Position numbers and translations under genes: made by a program. Positions 20,740-29,492 of a stretch of 64,000 nucleotides of DNA are shown one piece after another. Within the stretch, counting starts at the first letter, position 1, and each line of letters starts with the position of its first letter. The notes beneath the pieces were generated by a model that saw nothing but the letters and a program-made list of their open reading frames with translations, made no database searches and was not told where the DNA came from. Location of the stretch: assembly GCA_963798845.1 (NCBI GenBank), contig CAWCUS010000006.1, forward strand, positions 1,088,001-1,152,000, written 5' to 3'. This DNA comes from an uncultured Gemmatimonadales bacterium. Its GTDB lineage: Bacteria; Gemmatimonadota; Gemmatimonadetes; Longimicrobiales; RSA9.

Positions 20740-20846
20740 TTTAGCTGCGCAGGGGGATACACATCCCACATTCGCGGTAAGGCGCCTCGCCTTCCGCACG
20801 GGATTTCAGTTGTTGATCAATGTGGGAATGACCAGCTGGCATCCGG

Positions 20847-20876
20847 AAGTTGGGTGCACGATTCAGGCCGTGTCAA
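20847..20876 (-). promoter_or_regulatory. Possible sigma70 promoter for the carbamoyltransferase operon
   Basis: Perfect TTGACA (20876-20871) but only a weak -10 (CAACTT, 18-bp spacer). Confidence 0.3.
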
Positions 20877-21211
20877 TGCACGCGAGCTCCGGTCGACCGC
20901 GATGAGCGAGGCGCCACCGTCGGTGCGCGGCACTCCGGCTCTCCTGGGGACCGTCCCATGGGCTCACCTGTAGCGTGAGCGCAACAGGTGCGGACCCCTC
21001 CCGACTTCCAGGGGTGCGTCGGGACGCGGGCTCCTGCGGAAGCAGGTCGGAGAAGCAGTGCCCGTGCGGAGGGGTGGAGCCGCGGGGCGGAGCCGTGAGT
21101 TGGGAGCCGTGAGTCGGGAGGCGCGGAGGCCGGAGCGGTGGAAGCCGGCGACGAGCGGGCGGCTCTCCGCCCGGCGCTTCTCCGGCGGAGTCTTGACCGG
21201 ATCCGATCGGC

Positions 21212-21493
21212 TCAGGCCGTGAGGCTGTCGTGGTGCGGCATCAGGCGGCACGACGCGCTCTTCCAGAAGCCCGCGCACGTGCGGCAGAAATCCGCGCCCG
21301 GTGCGAACGGAAGGAGCTGGACGGCGACCAGCCTCGGCGTCAGGAACGTGACGCAGGCCACGCGCTGGCGCCGGCCTTCGGCAGTGACCGCCTGGCCTAC
21401 CCGAACGTCGGGCCAGTTCTCGACGAAAACGCGGTGAGTGACGCGGTTGTAATCCGCCTCAACCGTTCTGCCGTCGGGGAGAGAGAGCAGCAT
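21212..21493 (-). CDS. Hypothetical 93-aa protein with C-terminal CxxC-x7-C-x4-HH
   Basis: Protein-like composition, GAGG RBS 5 nt upstream, fills an otherwise empty gap. Confidence 0.55.
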   Translation of the reverse strand: MLLSLPDGRTVEADYNRVTHRVFVENWPDVRVGQAVTAEGRRQRVACVTFLTPRLVAVQLLPFAPGADFCRTCAGFWKSASCRLMPHHDSLTA

Positions 21494-21880
21494 CGGCGCC
21501 TCGGGAGTTCAGTGGTATTCCGCAATATGTTGGGCCTTTTCCGGAGGCGCAATACCATATGTAGGACGTGTCGAGACGGCGAGCCGGACCCGCTCCGGGG
21601 ACGCGCCACGAGACCCTTGCGGAACCGCAGATCGGCGCGCACGCTGGAGTGCGCGATCGTGCGATCTCGCAGGTCTTCCGAAGCCGGTCTTGCCGGCCGA
21701 GAGGCGTTTCCGCACCCCTGCCGACGGGGGAGCACCGCCGCGTATCGGAAGACATCCCAAGGCCGGCGGAGTGCCGTCGTCCCGTTCTCCAGCGGTGGGT
21801 CCGGGGCCCCTGATGCCGATGGAGGCATGGTTACGCTCCGGACGGGTGCGACAGCCATTTCCTGCGGGAGAGACGTGAAA

Positions 21881-23170
21881 ATGACGCCGAACGGCATCAC
21901 GTGCGCGGTCATATCGGGGAATCGGGAGCTCCGACAGCGGCTGGCGAAGGCGCTGCGATCCCTCGGATCGCTGGTGGACGTGGCGGCGGACCTGGAGCGC
22001 CCAGGCTCGGAGCTGGACGGCGAGTCGCTGGCGAGCGTCTGGGCGGTGCCCCATCTGGATCTGATCGTCGCCGACCTGGGCGACGCGAGCCCGGCGGCGT
22101 TCCGGACGCTCCAACGGCTGAGTGCGGACCGGCCTTCGGTGCCGCTGCTGGCCGTGGGCCCGCCGCTCGCCGGGCCGGGGCTGCTGCAGGTGATGCGCGC
22201 GGGCGTGTGGGAGTACATCCCCACGCCCGCAACCGAGACGGAGCTCACCGCGGGGCTCGACCGTCTGGTCCGGCGGCGTCGTGCGGACGAGCCCATGGAC
22301 CCGGCCGAGATCGGCCGGCTGGTGACCGTCTTCTCGGCGCGCGGTGGGGCGGGGGTGACGACGGCCGCGGTGAACCTGGCCGTGCAAATGCGTGAGTCGA
22401 CCGGGCGGCGCACGCTCCTGGTGGATCTGGACGTGGACTTCGGAGCGGTCTCCATTCTGACCGGAGTGAAGCCCCGCTACAGCGTGCTGGACCTGCTTGG
22501 CGGAGTGCAGCGGCTGGATGGGCCGCTGCTGCGGTCGCTGGTCGAGAGCCACGAGTCGGGCATTGATGTCCTGTCCGCGCCAGCGGACCTGCCTCCTGGC
22601 GGGGCGGCGCCGGAGCGCGGCGTGACGGAAGCTGTTCTGGACTTCCTCCGTCAGTCCTACGAGGTCGTGATCGTGGACGCCGGCCGTCCCCTCTCCGGAG
22701 CCGCGCGGGTGGCCGTGGAGCAGGCCGACTGCATGCTGATGCTCGTCACCCCCGACGTCGCGGCGCTCCGGAACACCGCGCGGCTGCTCGGCGCGCTCGG
22801 GCTCACGGGCCGGCCGCGCACAAGGCCGGTGGTGCTGCTCTCGAAAGCGGGAGATTCGGACGACGTGACAGCCCGGGAAGTCTCGCGCGCGCTCAACATG
22901 GAGGTGAGCCAGCGGCTCCGCCGGGACGACGTCGCCGTTCAGCATGCCCTGAACCACGGGCGGCCGGTAGTGATGAGCGGTGGCCGCTCCGTCTATGTCC
23001 GCGACATCCGGTCCCTGGCGCGGATGCTGGGCGATCAGCTGTTCTCCCCCGCGGCCGCGGCAGGCCCTGTCCGCCAACCGCCTCGGGGGCGGCCGGGGGC
23101 CGATGGGCTTCGGAACACGGGCGTCACCCGGCGAAGAGGAATGCCCGGACGGACGGGGGGCGTGGGATGA
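21881..23170 (+). CDS. cpaE: CpaE/TadZ-like protein (pseudo-receiver + MinD/ParA-type ATPase)
   Basis: MRAGVWEYI receiver end, FSARGGAGVTTAAVNLA deviant Walker A, LLVDLDVDFG, HESGIDVL, YEVVIVDA, ALNHGRPV. Confidence 0.8.
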   Translation: MTPNGITCAVISGNRELRQRLAKALRSLGSLVDVAADLERPGSELDGESLASVWAVPHLDLIVADLGDASPAAFRTLQRLSADRPSVPLLAVGPPLAGPGLLQVMRAGVWEYIPTPATETELTAGLDRLVRRRRADEPMDPAEIGRLVTVFSARGGAGVTTAAVNLAVQMRESTGRRTLLVDLDVDFGAVSILTGVKPRYSVLDLLGGVQRLDGPLLRSLVESHESGIDVLSAPADLPPGGAAPERGVTEAVLDFLRQSYEVVIVDAGRPLSGAARVAVEQADCMLMLVTPDVAALRNTARLLGALGLTGRPRTRPVVLLSKAGDSDDVTAREVSRALNMEVSQRLRRDDVAVQHALNHGRPVVMSGGRSVYVRDIRSLARMLGDQLFSPAAAAGPVRQPPRGRPGADGLRNTGVTRRRGMPGRTGGVG

Positions 23171-23305
23171 TGGCCGCCCGGCCCCGAGCGCGATTTCGCC
23201 GCGGCCGCTCCTTTTCGGGAAAAACGTCGCTCGCCCCTTGCGAATTCGGGCACCCTGGTCCCACGATATGCACGTAGGGCAGCCGTTACTCATCCGGAGA
23301 AAGCA

Positions 23306-23734
23306 ATGGCCAGCACGCGCATCCGCGTCATCCTGAAGTACGTGGAGATCCTGGACAGGAAGGACCTGGACGCCGAGGGCGAGTTCGTCTTCCAGTTCAA
23401 GGGATCGGCGGGCGGGACGCAGCAGACGACGCGGATCCCGGCGAAGGGCCACCTTTCCATCTCGGACCACCCGTCGATGAACAAGGTGACGCTGGACACG
23501 GTGGTGTTCGAGGGCGAGGTGGCGGACGACCAGACCTTCGTGCTGGAGGCGAGCGGGGAGGAGCTGGACACGTTCTCCGCGAACGATCAGCTGAACCCGT
23601 ACCGCCGGGAGTTCGCTGGTCCGGTGGCCAGCTACCTTGGGAGCCACACGCCGTGGGACCAGGGCACCGACGACGTCACGGACCCGGAGCAGCTGGGCGA
23701 CTGGCGCTTCGCGTTCGAGATCGAGGCCGCCTGA
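23306..23734 (+). CDS. Hypothetical acidic beta-rich protein, possibly C2-domain-like
   Basis: GGAG RBS, strong GC3 codon bias; DRKDLDAEGE and EELDTFSANDQL loops. Confidence 0.75.
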   Translation: MASTRIRVILKYVEILDRKDLDAEGEFVFQFKGSAGGTQQTTRIPAKGHLSISDHPSMNKVTLDTVVFEGEVADDQTFVLEASGEELDTFSANDQLNPYRREFAGPVASYLGSHTPWDQGTDDVTDPEQLGDWRFAFEIEAA

Positions 23735-23842
23735 CTCCGACGCCCGTCCGCGTACCACCGCCCCGCGCGCCAGGCTCTGACGCCGCCGGCGGAGCGGCCT
23801 GGAGGCCCGTGCGTGGGATCGTCCACGCCGGGCCTCATTCGC

Positions 23843-25540
23843 TCAAGGCTTCTCGCCCGTGGGCGGCAGGGTGGTCATGGCAGTGGCGGGATCGCGCTCC
23901 ACGCGCCAGAGCGGGAACGTCGCCAGAGCGGTGGAGCCGTAGACCAGCCCCGAGAGTGCGCCCTCTTCCGAGCCGAGGAGGCGGTCGAAGAAGTTCCACC
24001 GCGGCAGCCCGTACCCCCGGGGCTCGAGCAGCGAGAAGACGAGCCGGCCGAGCGGCTGGGCCGTGCTGACGTAGTAGGCCCCGGCGGGGACGGTGACCCG
24101 TGTCGGCGTCCAGGCGCCCGCGGCGGCGAGCAGGTGGTGTCCCTGGAACTCGTCCGCGCTCCAGCGCAGGCTGTCGACCCGGAAGGCCTGCGCCGCGCCC
24201 TCCCATTCGCGCTCGAGCCGGCGAACCTGGATCCCGTGCAGCCGGATCAGGTCGGCGATGGCTCCCTCGCCCGGCGGCAGGAAGTAGCCGCCCGGCAGCT
24301 TCTCGGTAGCGGTAGCGGTGAACCGGTCGTACACGGGAAGGTCGAGCGTGTCGTACCCCTCGATCGGGGTGAAGCGTGGGCGCCCCGAGGGCGACGTCCC
24401 GCTCTGCCGCATCCTCCGCAGCACCACGGGCTCTGTCCCTCTCCCGGCTGGCTGGTAGGCCACGGCGAGGTCGGGGCGGGGGGCGTCGCCGGCTCCCTCC
24501 ATCGTGGTCCGGCGGTCCGCTTCCGCTTCGAGCGCGCGGATCTGGTCGGCGTGAGCCGCGACGTAGTCCAGCACTTCCGCCACGAAGTCGTGCGTCACCT
24601 TCACCCGCGTCCGGAAATCGGCGTGGGAGTAGGCCTCGCTCAGGATCGCGATGCGGCCGCGGAGGCCCACGTAGTTCGTCCCGTACCACGCCAGCGGGGA
24701 GTATGTGGTCCACGCTGTGGGCGCGGTTGGGTCGCGCACGTTCCCGTATGGGAACACCGGCTCACCGTACCTGCGCTGCATCGCCGCACGGACGGCCGGG
24801 AGCAGCGTGTCCTGGGCGAAGGCAATGGGCCCCGGGGGGCCGTTCGGGTCCAGCCCTGGCGAGTAGGTGAGGAGGTAGCCGTGGAGCGTGCCGTCGGTGG
24901 TATGGAGGTCCATCATGACGGCGGGATCCCACGTGTCGTAGACGCGGGCGAGGGACGCGCGCGTCTCGGGTGCTTCGGCCTTCAGGTAATCGCGGTTGAG
25001 GTCGAGCTTAAGCCCGTCCGGGCGCAGCCCCACCAGGGGCGGTCCGTCCTGCTCGGGGCGGTGCTCCTCCACCGGGCCGAACGCGTCGTTGCCGTCGGCG
25101 TTGTAGACCGGAGCGACGAGCAGGATCAGCTTCTCCAGCAGCTGGCGACGCGGCCCGGCCAGCTCCCGGAGCAGCTGCTGCACCGCTTCCTTCCCCTCCA
25201 CTTCGCCGCCGTGGATGTTGGCCTGGAGGTAGACCACGAGCTTGCCGGAGCGGGCGGCGTCCCGCGGCGACGTGATGAGCGGCTCGGACGCGACGGCGAG
25301 AAGGAGCGGACGCCCCTGGGCGGTCCTCCCAATGGTCCCGACTGTCAGCGGCGCGCCCGTGGCCTGGAGGCTGTCCAGGAACGCCGCCACCTCCGCCGTG
25401 GTGGATGTGCGCTGATAGTCCGTCCGCTCCGGAACGGTCAGGGGCGACTGTTGCCCACACGCCCGCCCCGGCAATGTCGCCAACAGGACGCCCATCGCCA
25501 GCCCCGCCGGTCCGGTCCATCGCCACCCGCGCATCCTCAT
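23843..25540 (-). CDS. M14 family zinc carboxypeptidase, secreted
   Basis: Signal peptide, NIHGGEVEGK (HxxE), NADG, DLNRD, DLHT. Confidence 0.9.
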   Translation of the reverse strand: MRMRGWRWTGPAGLAMGVLLATLPGRACGQQSPLTVPERTDYQRTSTTAEVAAFLDSLQATGAPLTVGTIGRTAQGRPLLLAVASEPLITSPRDAARSGKLVVYLQANIHGGEVEGKEAVQQLLRELAGPRRQLLEKLILLVAPVYNADGNDAFGPVEEHRPEQDGPPLVGLRPDGLKLDLNRDYLKAEAPETRASLARVYDTWDPAVMMDLHTTDGTLHGYLLTYSPGLDPNGPPGPIAFAQDTLLPAVRAAMQRRYGEPVFPYGNVRDPTAPTAWTTYSPLAWYGTNYVGLRGRIAILSEAYSHADFRTRVKVTHDFVAEVLDYVAAHADQIRALEAEADRRTTMEGAGDAPRPDLAVAYQPAGRGTEPVVLRRMRQSGTSPSGRPRFTPIEGYDTLDLPVYDRFTATATEKLPGGYFLPPGEGAIADLIRLHGIQVRRLEREWEGAAQAFRVDSLRWSADEFQGHHLLAAAGAWTPTRVTVPAGAYYVSTAQPLGRLVFSLLEPRGYGLPRWNFFDRLLGSEEGALSGLVYGSTALATFPLWRVERDPATAMTTLPPTGEKP

Positions 25541-25934
25541 CGCTCCCCTCTCTCTCCTCCGGGTCGATTGCCGGCGGAGCGTACGCGCGCCGCCGTCGGC
25601 GGGCAAGCGTCCGCCGGAGCAACGGGCGGGACGAGCTACGGGGCCGCCCGACCGTCCGTGCGGACGCCGAGTCGGATGTCGGGTCGCGGTGGCTTCAGGT
25701 ATCGGGCGAGGAACCGGTGGATCTCGCGGCGGACCTCCCATGCCTCCTGGGTGTCGAGCCTCGGGGCAAGCGGCCGGGGCAGACGGGTGCTCGCGGGCGC
25801 TGTGCGGGGTGCCCGGGGGTTGACAGTGGCCAGCCGCGAGAGCAGCGTGTCACCGGCTCAGAATGTCCAAGCCCGCGGCCAGGGGGGATTCCGGGAGCCG
25901 AGGGGTCATCTTCCTCGAATCATGGAAGTGTCTG

Positions 25935-27914
25935 ATGGCGGACCAATTGCCGTACGAGCCGTACATCCCGGCAGACCAGAGTCCCAAGGAGTTCTCGCTC
26001 CGCGCAGTCCTGCTCGGGGTGGTCATGGCGGTGGTCCTGGGCGCTGCCAACGCGTACATCGGGATGGTGGCCGGCCTGACCATCGCGGCCACCTTCCCAG
26101 CGGCCGTCGTGGCCATGGCGGCGCTGCGGCCCATGGGCGGGACGATCCTGGAGGAGAACATCGCGCGCACCACCGCCTCGGTGGGCGAGGCGCTGGTGGC
26201 CGGCGCGATCTTCACGATCCCGGCGTTCGTGATCACGGGCGTGTGGACCACCATCAACCTCTGGATCTCGACGTTCATCATGATGGTGGGCGGGATCCTG
26301 GGCGTCCTCTTCGTGATCATCCTCCGTCGGACGCTGGTGGAGGAGTCGGGACTGCCCTTCCCGGAGTCCATCGCGGCTTCCGAGATCCACAAGGCGGGGC
26401 AGGCGGGCGCGAGCGGAGGGAAGTACCTGCTGGCCGCCGGCCTGATGTCGGCGTTCATCGAGCTGCTGAAGAACGGCTCGGGGATCCGCGTGCTGGCTTC
26501 GGAGATGACCGGCTGGTGGGGCTGGGGCAAGGCCATGGGCGAGCGCATCGGCGGCCCGGTCGGCTCGACCTACACGGGCGGCATGTTCGCGTCGACCCCC
26601 TCCGCTTCGCCTGCGCTCCTGGGCGTGGGCTACATCATCGGGCCGTCGCTCGCCGCCGTCGTCTTCGCGGGTGGCGTGCTGGGGTGGTGGTGCCTGGTGC
26701 CCGTGATGACGTTCGTGAACCGTGACCTCATGGCCGCTGCGGCGGCCAACGGCTACGGCGCCACGGCCATGGGCGTGGTCTGGCAGCAGCAGGTCCGGCC
26801 CCTCGCCGTGGGGACCATGGTGGTGGGCGCGGCGTGGACGCTGTGGAGGATGCGGAAGAGCCTCGGGCAGGGCTTCGGCCGCGTGTTCGCCGACCTCCGC
26901 AAAGTGACGCCGACAACGCAAGCGCCGAACCGTCACGAGACCGATATCCGCTACAAGTGGATCGTATTCGGGATCTTCGGCCTGCTGATCCCGATCGCCG
27001 TGCTCTACTACTACTTCACGAAGAGCTTCGGCGGATCGATCCTGGCCGCGCTGGTCATGGTGGTGGCCGGGATCCTCTTCGCGGCCGTGGCCGGGTACCT
27101 GGTGGGGCTGATCGGGAGCAGCAACAATCCCATCAGCGGACTGACGCTGTCCACGCTTATCCTGGCCGCGCTGCTCATGGTGGCGATTGGCCTGAAGGGC
27201 GACCAGGGGGTCCTGGCCGTGCTGGGCGTCGCCGCGGTGGTGTGCACCGCCATGGGCATCGCCGGGGACATGATGCAGGACCTGAAGGTCGGCCACATCC
27301 TGGGCGGCACACCGAAGAGCATGGAGATGGGCGAGATGATCGCCGTGATCGCCGCAGCGCCCGCCCTCGCCTTCGTGCTCGCGCTGTTGAGCCAGGCATA
27401 CGGCTTCGCGGGCGCCCCGGGCGCGAACCCGGCAACGGCGCTGCCGGCTCCGCAAGCGGGTCTCATGGCGCTGGTCAGCACCGGCATCATCAACGGCCAG
27501 ATGCCATGGCCACTCTTCATCGCCGGGATGCTGTTCGCGGTCATGCTGATCCTCGTGCGTGCGCCTTCCGTCATGCTGGTGGCCGTGGGCATGTACCTGC
27601 CGATCTGGAGCACGTTCGCGATCTTCGTAGGCGGCGTGTTCCGCTGGATCGTGGACCGGCTCATTGAGCGGCGCCACGCCGCCGCGGGGCCGCGGGCGAG
27701 GGCGGAGAACACGGGCGTTCTGGTCGCTTCCGGGCTCGTCGCCGGGGAAGCACTCATGGGAGTGATCATCGCCGGCATCATCGTGGCCAATATGCATCTC
27801 CCCGTCCTCGTCAGCAGCCCGCTGGCCCGGGGGCTCCTCGGCCTGCTGGTGTTCCCGCTGGTGCTCTGGTTCTTCTACAGCACGGCGAAGCGGGAGGCGG
27901 ACAAGGTGGCGTGA
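25935..27914 (+). CDS. OPT-family oligopeptide transporter
   Basis: ANAYIG, ILEENIART, LPFPE, GSSNNPISG, MQDLKVGHILGGTP, APQA, SGLVAGEAL. Confidence 0.93.
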   Translation: MADQLPYEPYIPADQSPKEFSLRAVLLGVVMAVVLGAANAYIGMVAGLTIAATFPAAVVAMAALRPMGGTILEENIARTTASVGEALVAGAIFTIPAFVITGVWTTINLWISTFIMMVGGILGVLFVIILRRTLVEESGLPFPESIAASEIHKAGQAGASGGKYLLAAGLMSAFIELLKNGSGIRVLASEMTGWWGWGKAMGERIGGPVGSTYTGGMFASTPSASPALLGVGYIIGPSLAAVVFAGGVLGWWCLVPVMTFVNRDLMAAAAANGYGATAMGVVWQQQVRPLAVGTMVVGAAWTLWRMRKSLGQGFGRVFADLRKVTPTTQAPNRHETDIRYKWIVFGIFGLLIPIAVLYYYFTKSFGGSILAALVMVVAGILFAAVAGYLVGLIGSSNNPISGLTLSTLILAALLMVAIGLKGDQGVLAVLGVAAVVCTAMGIAGDMMQDLKVGHILGGTPKSMEMGEMIAVIAAAPALAFVLALLSQAYGFAGAPGANPATALPAPQAGLMALVSTGIINGQMPWPLFIAGMLFAVMLILVRAPSVMLVAVGMYLPIWSTFAIFVGGVFRWIVDRLIERRHAAAGPRARAENTGVLVASGLVAGEALMGVIIAGIIVANMHLPVLVSSPLARGLLGLLVFPLVLWFFYSTAKREADKVA

Positions 27915-27976
27915 AGACGGTCTGCGTGGTGCCGGGGCGAGCCGTCCCGTCCGCGCACGACCGAAACCAGGGCAGC

Positions 27977-28014
27977 GAGAGAGGCCCGGCCGGGGCATCG
28001 GCCGGGCCTCTCTC
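27977..28014. terminator. Hairpin between convergent genes, candidate bidirectional terminator
   Basis: Perfect 16-bp stem GAGAGAGGCCCGGCCG/CGGCCGGGCCTCTCTC, 6-nt loop; no U-tract. Confidence 0.6.
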
Positions 28015-28085
28015 ACGTCCGGCCGCCGCGTCCGTGCCCGGCACCCGCCGTGGGGGCCGGAGGTCGGCTCACCGACGGCCGTTCG

Positions 28086-28853
28086 CTACCAGGTGGCGGC
28101 GAGGCTGAGACCGATGGAGATGGAGAGGTCGTCCGGCTCCACGTCGGGCGCGGGGGTGCTGTCGCGCTGGTAGAGCACGTTCCCGGTGACCGCGAGCTTC
28201 GACGTGAGGGCGAGCCGCCCGGCGGTCTGGGCTTCGATCAGGTAGTCGTTCGCGCGATCCCACGCGGGCTGGTAGAAGAACACCTGCTCGAGGCGCGTGC
28301 CCTCCCGGAACTGGTGGCGGGCCCGGGCCCGCCAGCTCCAGCGGGCCGTCCGGTCGAGACCGTCCTCGCCCGGCTCGGTCACCTCGAGCTGCTCGTAGCT
28401 GTAGAGCACCGCGCCGCTCAGCGAAACTTCGTCCCAGTCGCTCTGGTAGAAGGTGCGCTTGATGCCTGCACCCCCGTCGGCGCGGACATCGAGCTTGCGG
28501 AACGGGTCCTGCTCGACGGTGGTGAAGATGAACGGGGACCAGCCGGCCGACGGGAACAGGTCCAGGTTCAGGGACCCGCGAATGTTGCGAGCCACGATTT
28601 CGCCGTCGCTGCGGCCGTAGCGGTAGCGGCCTTTGAAGGAGATCTCGTACTTCTCGGTCTGGAGGTGGGTGATGCCCAGCTCCGTGGTGAGCACCGTGAG
28701 CTGCTCGTTCCCGGCGGCGCTGTTGAGGGAGAGGCTGATCTCCGCGGCCCACGGGTCGGGCGCCGCCGGGGAGTCGGCGGACTCCTGGGCGCGGGTCATG
28801 CCGGGCGAGAGGGCGAGGACCAGGAACGCGAGTGAGGCTGTGGTCGTTTTCAT
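28086..28853 (-). CDS. DUF481 outer-membrane beta-barrel protein
   Basis: Signal peptide, W..SLNSAAGN, EQDPF..GAG, alternating strands, C-terminal Trp. Confidence 0.8.
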   Translation of the reverse strand: MKTTTASLAFLVLALSPGMTRAQESADSPAAPDPWAAEISLSLNSAAGNEQLTVLTTELGITHLQTEKYEISFKGRYRYGRSDGEIVARNIRGSLNLDLFPSAGWSPFIFTTVEQDPFRKLDVRADGGAGIKRTFYQSDWDEVSLSGAVLYSYEQLEVTEPGEDGLDRTARWSWRARARHQFREGTRLEQVFFYQPAWDRANDYLIEAQTAGRLALTSKLAVTGNVLYQRDSTPAPDVEPDDLSISIGLSLAATW

Positions 28854-28862
28854 GGCGGGTAG

Positions 28863-29492
28863 ATGAACGGTGACGGCGTGAGTCGTCAAGCCGGGCGTGA
28901 CGGGGCCGGCGCGGCAGCACCGGGGGTGGTTCTGATCCCCGGCTGGATGGATGGCGCCGGGTTGTTTCGCCGGATGCGTCGCCGCCTGCGAGCGGAGGGG
29001 CTGGACGTCGACACGTACGTGCTGGAGCCGAGCACGGGGGCGGCGCCGCTGGACGGCCTGGCGCTCGGCCTGGCTCGGTTCATCGACCAGCGCTTCGGCC
29101 CCGAGCGGCCGGTGTCCATCGCCGGGTTCAGCATGGGCGGCCTCGTGGCCCGCTGGTACGTCCAGCGGCTGGACGGGCTGCATCGCGTGGAGCGTCTGAT
29201 CATGCTGGCGACGCCGCACCACGGCAGCTGGCTCGCCCGCCTCCTGCCGCTTCCCGCCATGCGCCAGATGCGGCGCGGGAGCGAGTTCCTTCACGATCTC
29301 AACCGCGACGCGGGGGCGCTGGCCCGGGTGGCGGTCTCGGTCTGGTCGCCGCTCGACCTCATGTCCTTCCCGCCCCGCACATCGGTGCTCGACGGGGGCG
29401 AGACGTGCCGGATTCCGGTCGCGTGGCACGGTTGGATGCCCCGCAGCCGCCGCGTCATCGACCTGGTGGCGGCCAGGCTGACGGATCGCTGA
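28863..29492 (+). CDS. Small alpha/beta-hydrolase (lipase/esterase); start uncertain
   Basis: VLIPG, GFSMGG nucleophile elbow, ATPHHGS, SPLD, terminal WH. Confidence 0.85.
   Translation: MNGDGVSRQAGRDGAGAAAPGVVLIPGWMDGAGLFRRMRRRLRAEGLDVDTYVLEPSTGAAPLDGLALGLARFIDQRFGPERPVSIAGFSMGGLVARWYVQRLDGLHRVERLIMLATPHHGSWLARLLPLPAMRQMRRGSEFLHDLNRDAGALARVAVSVWSPLDLMSFPPRTSVLDGGETCRIPVAWHGWMPRSRRVIDLVAARLTDR

Noticed and set aside
18538..20799. 753-aa carbamoyltransferase-SxtJ fusion in the ORF track
   Set aside because: Removing one T near 19000 restores a typical C-terminus and stop, and SxtJ has its own RBS and TTG.
21076..21136. Short GGAGCCGTGAGTYG tandem repeat
   Set aside because: Only two good copies plus fragments; consistent with local slippage.
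23813..26725. Long Arg/Pro/Ala-rich ORFs (e.g. 970 aa here, 853 aa at 37981, 870 aa at 60942, 779 aa at 51767)
   Set aside because: Shadow frames expected in high-GC DNA, overlapping well-supported genes.
28853..28863. Divergent starts only 9 bp apart (DUF481 and lipase)
   Set aside because: Lipase start is uncertain, with later GTG codons available, so nothing unusual can be claimed.
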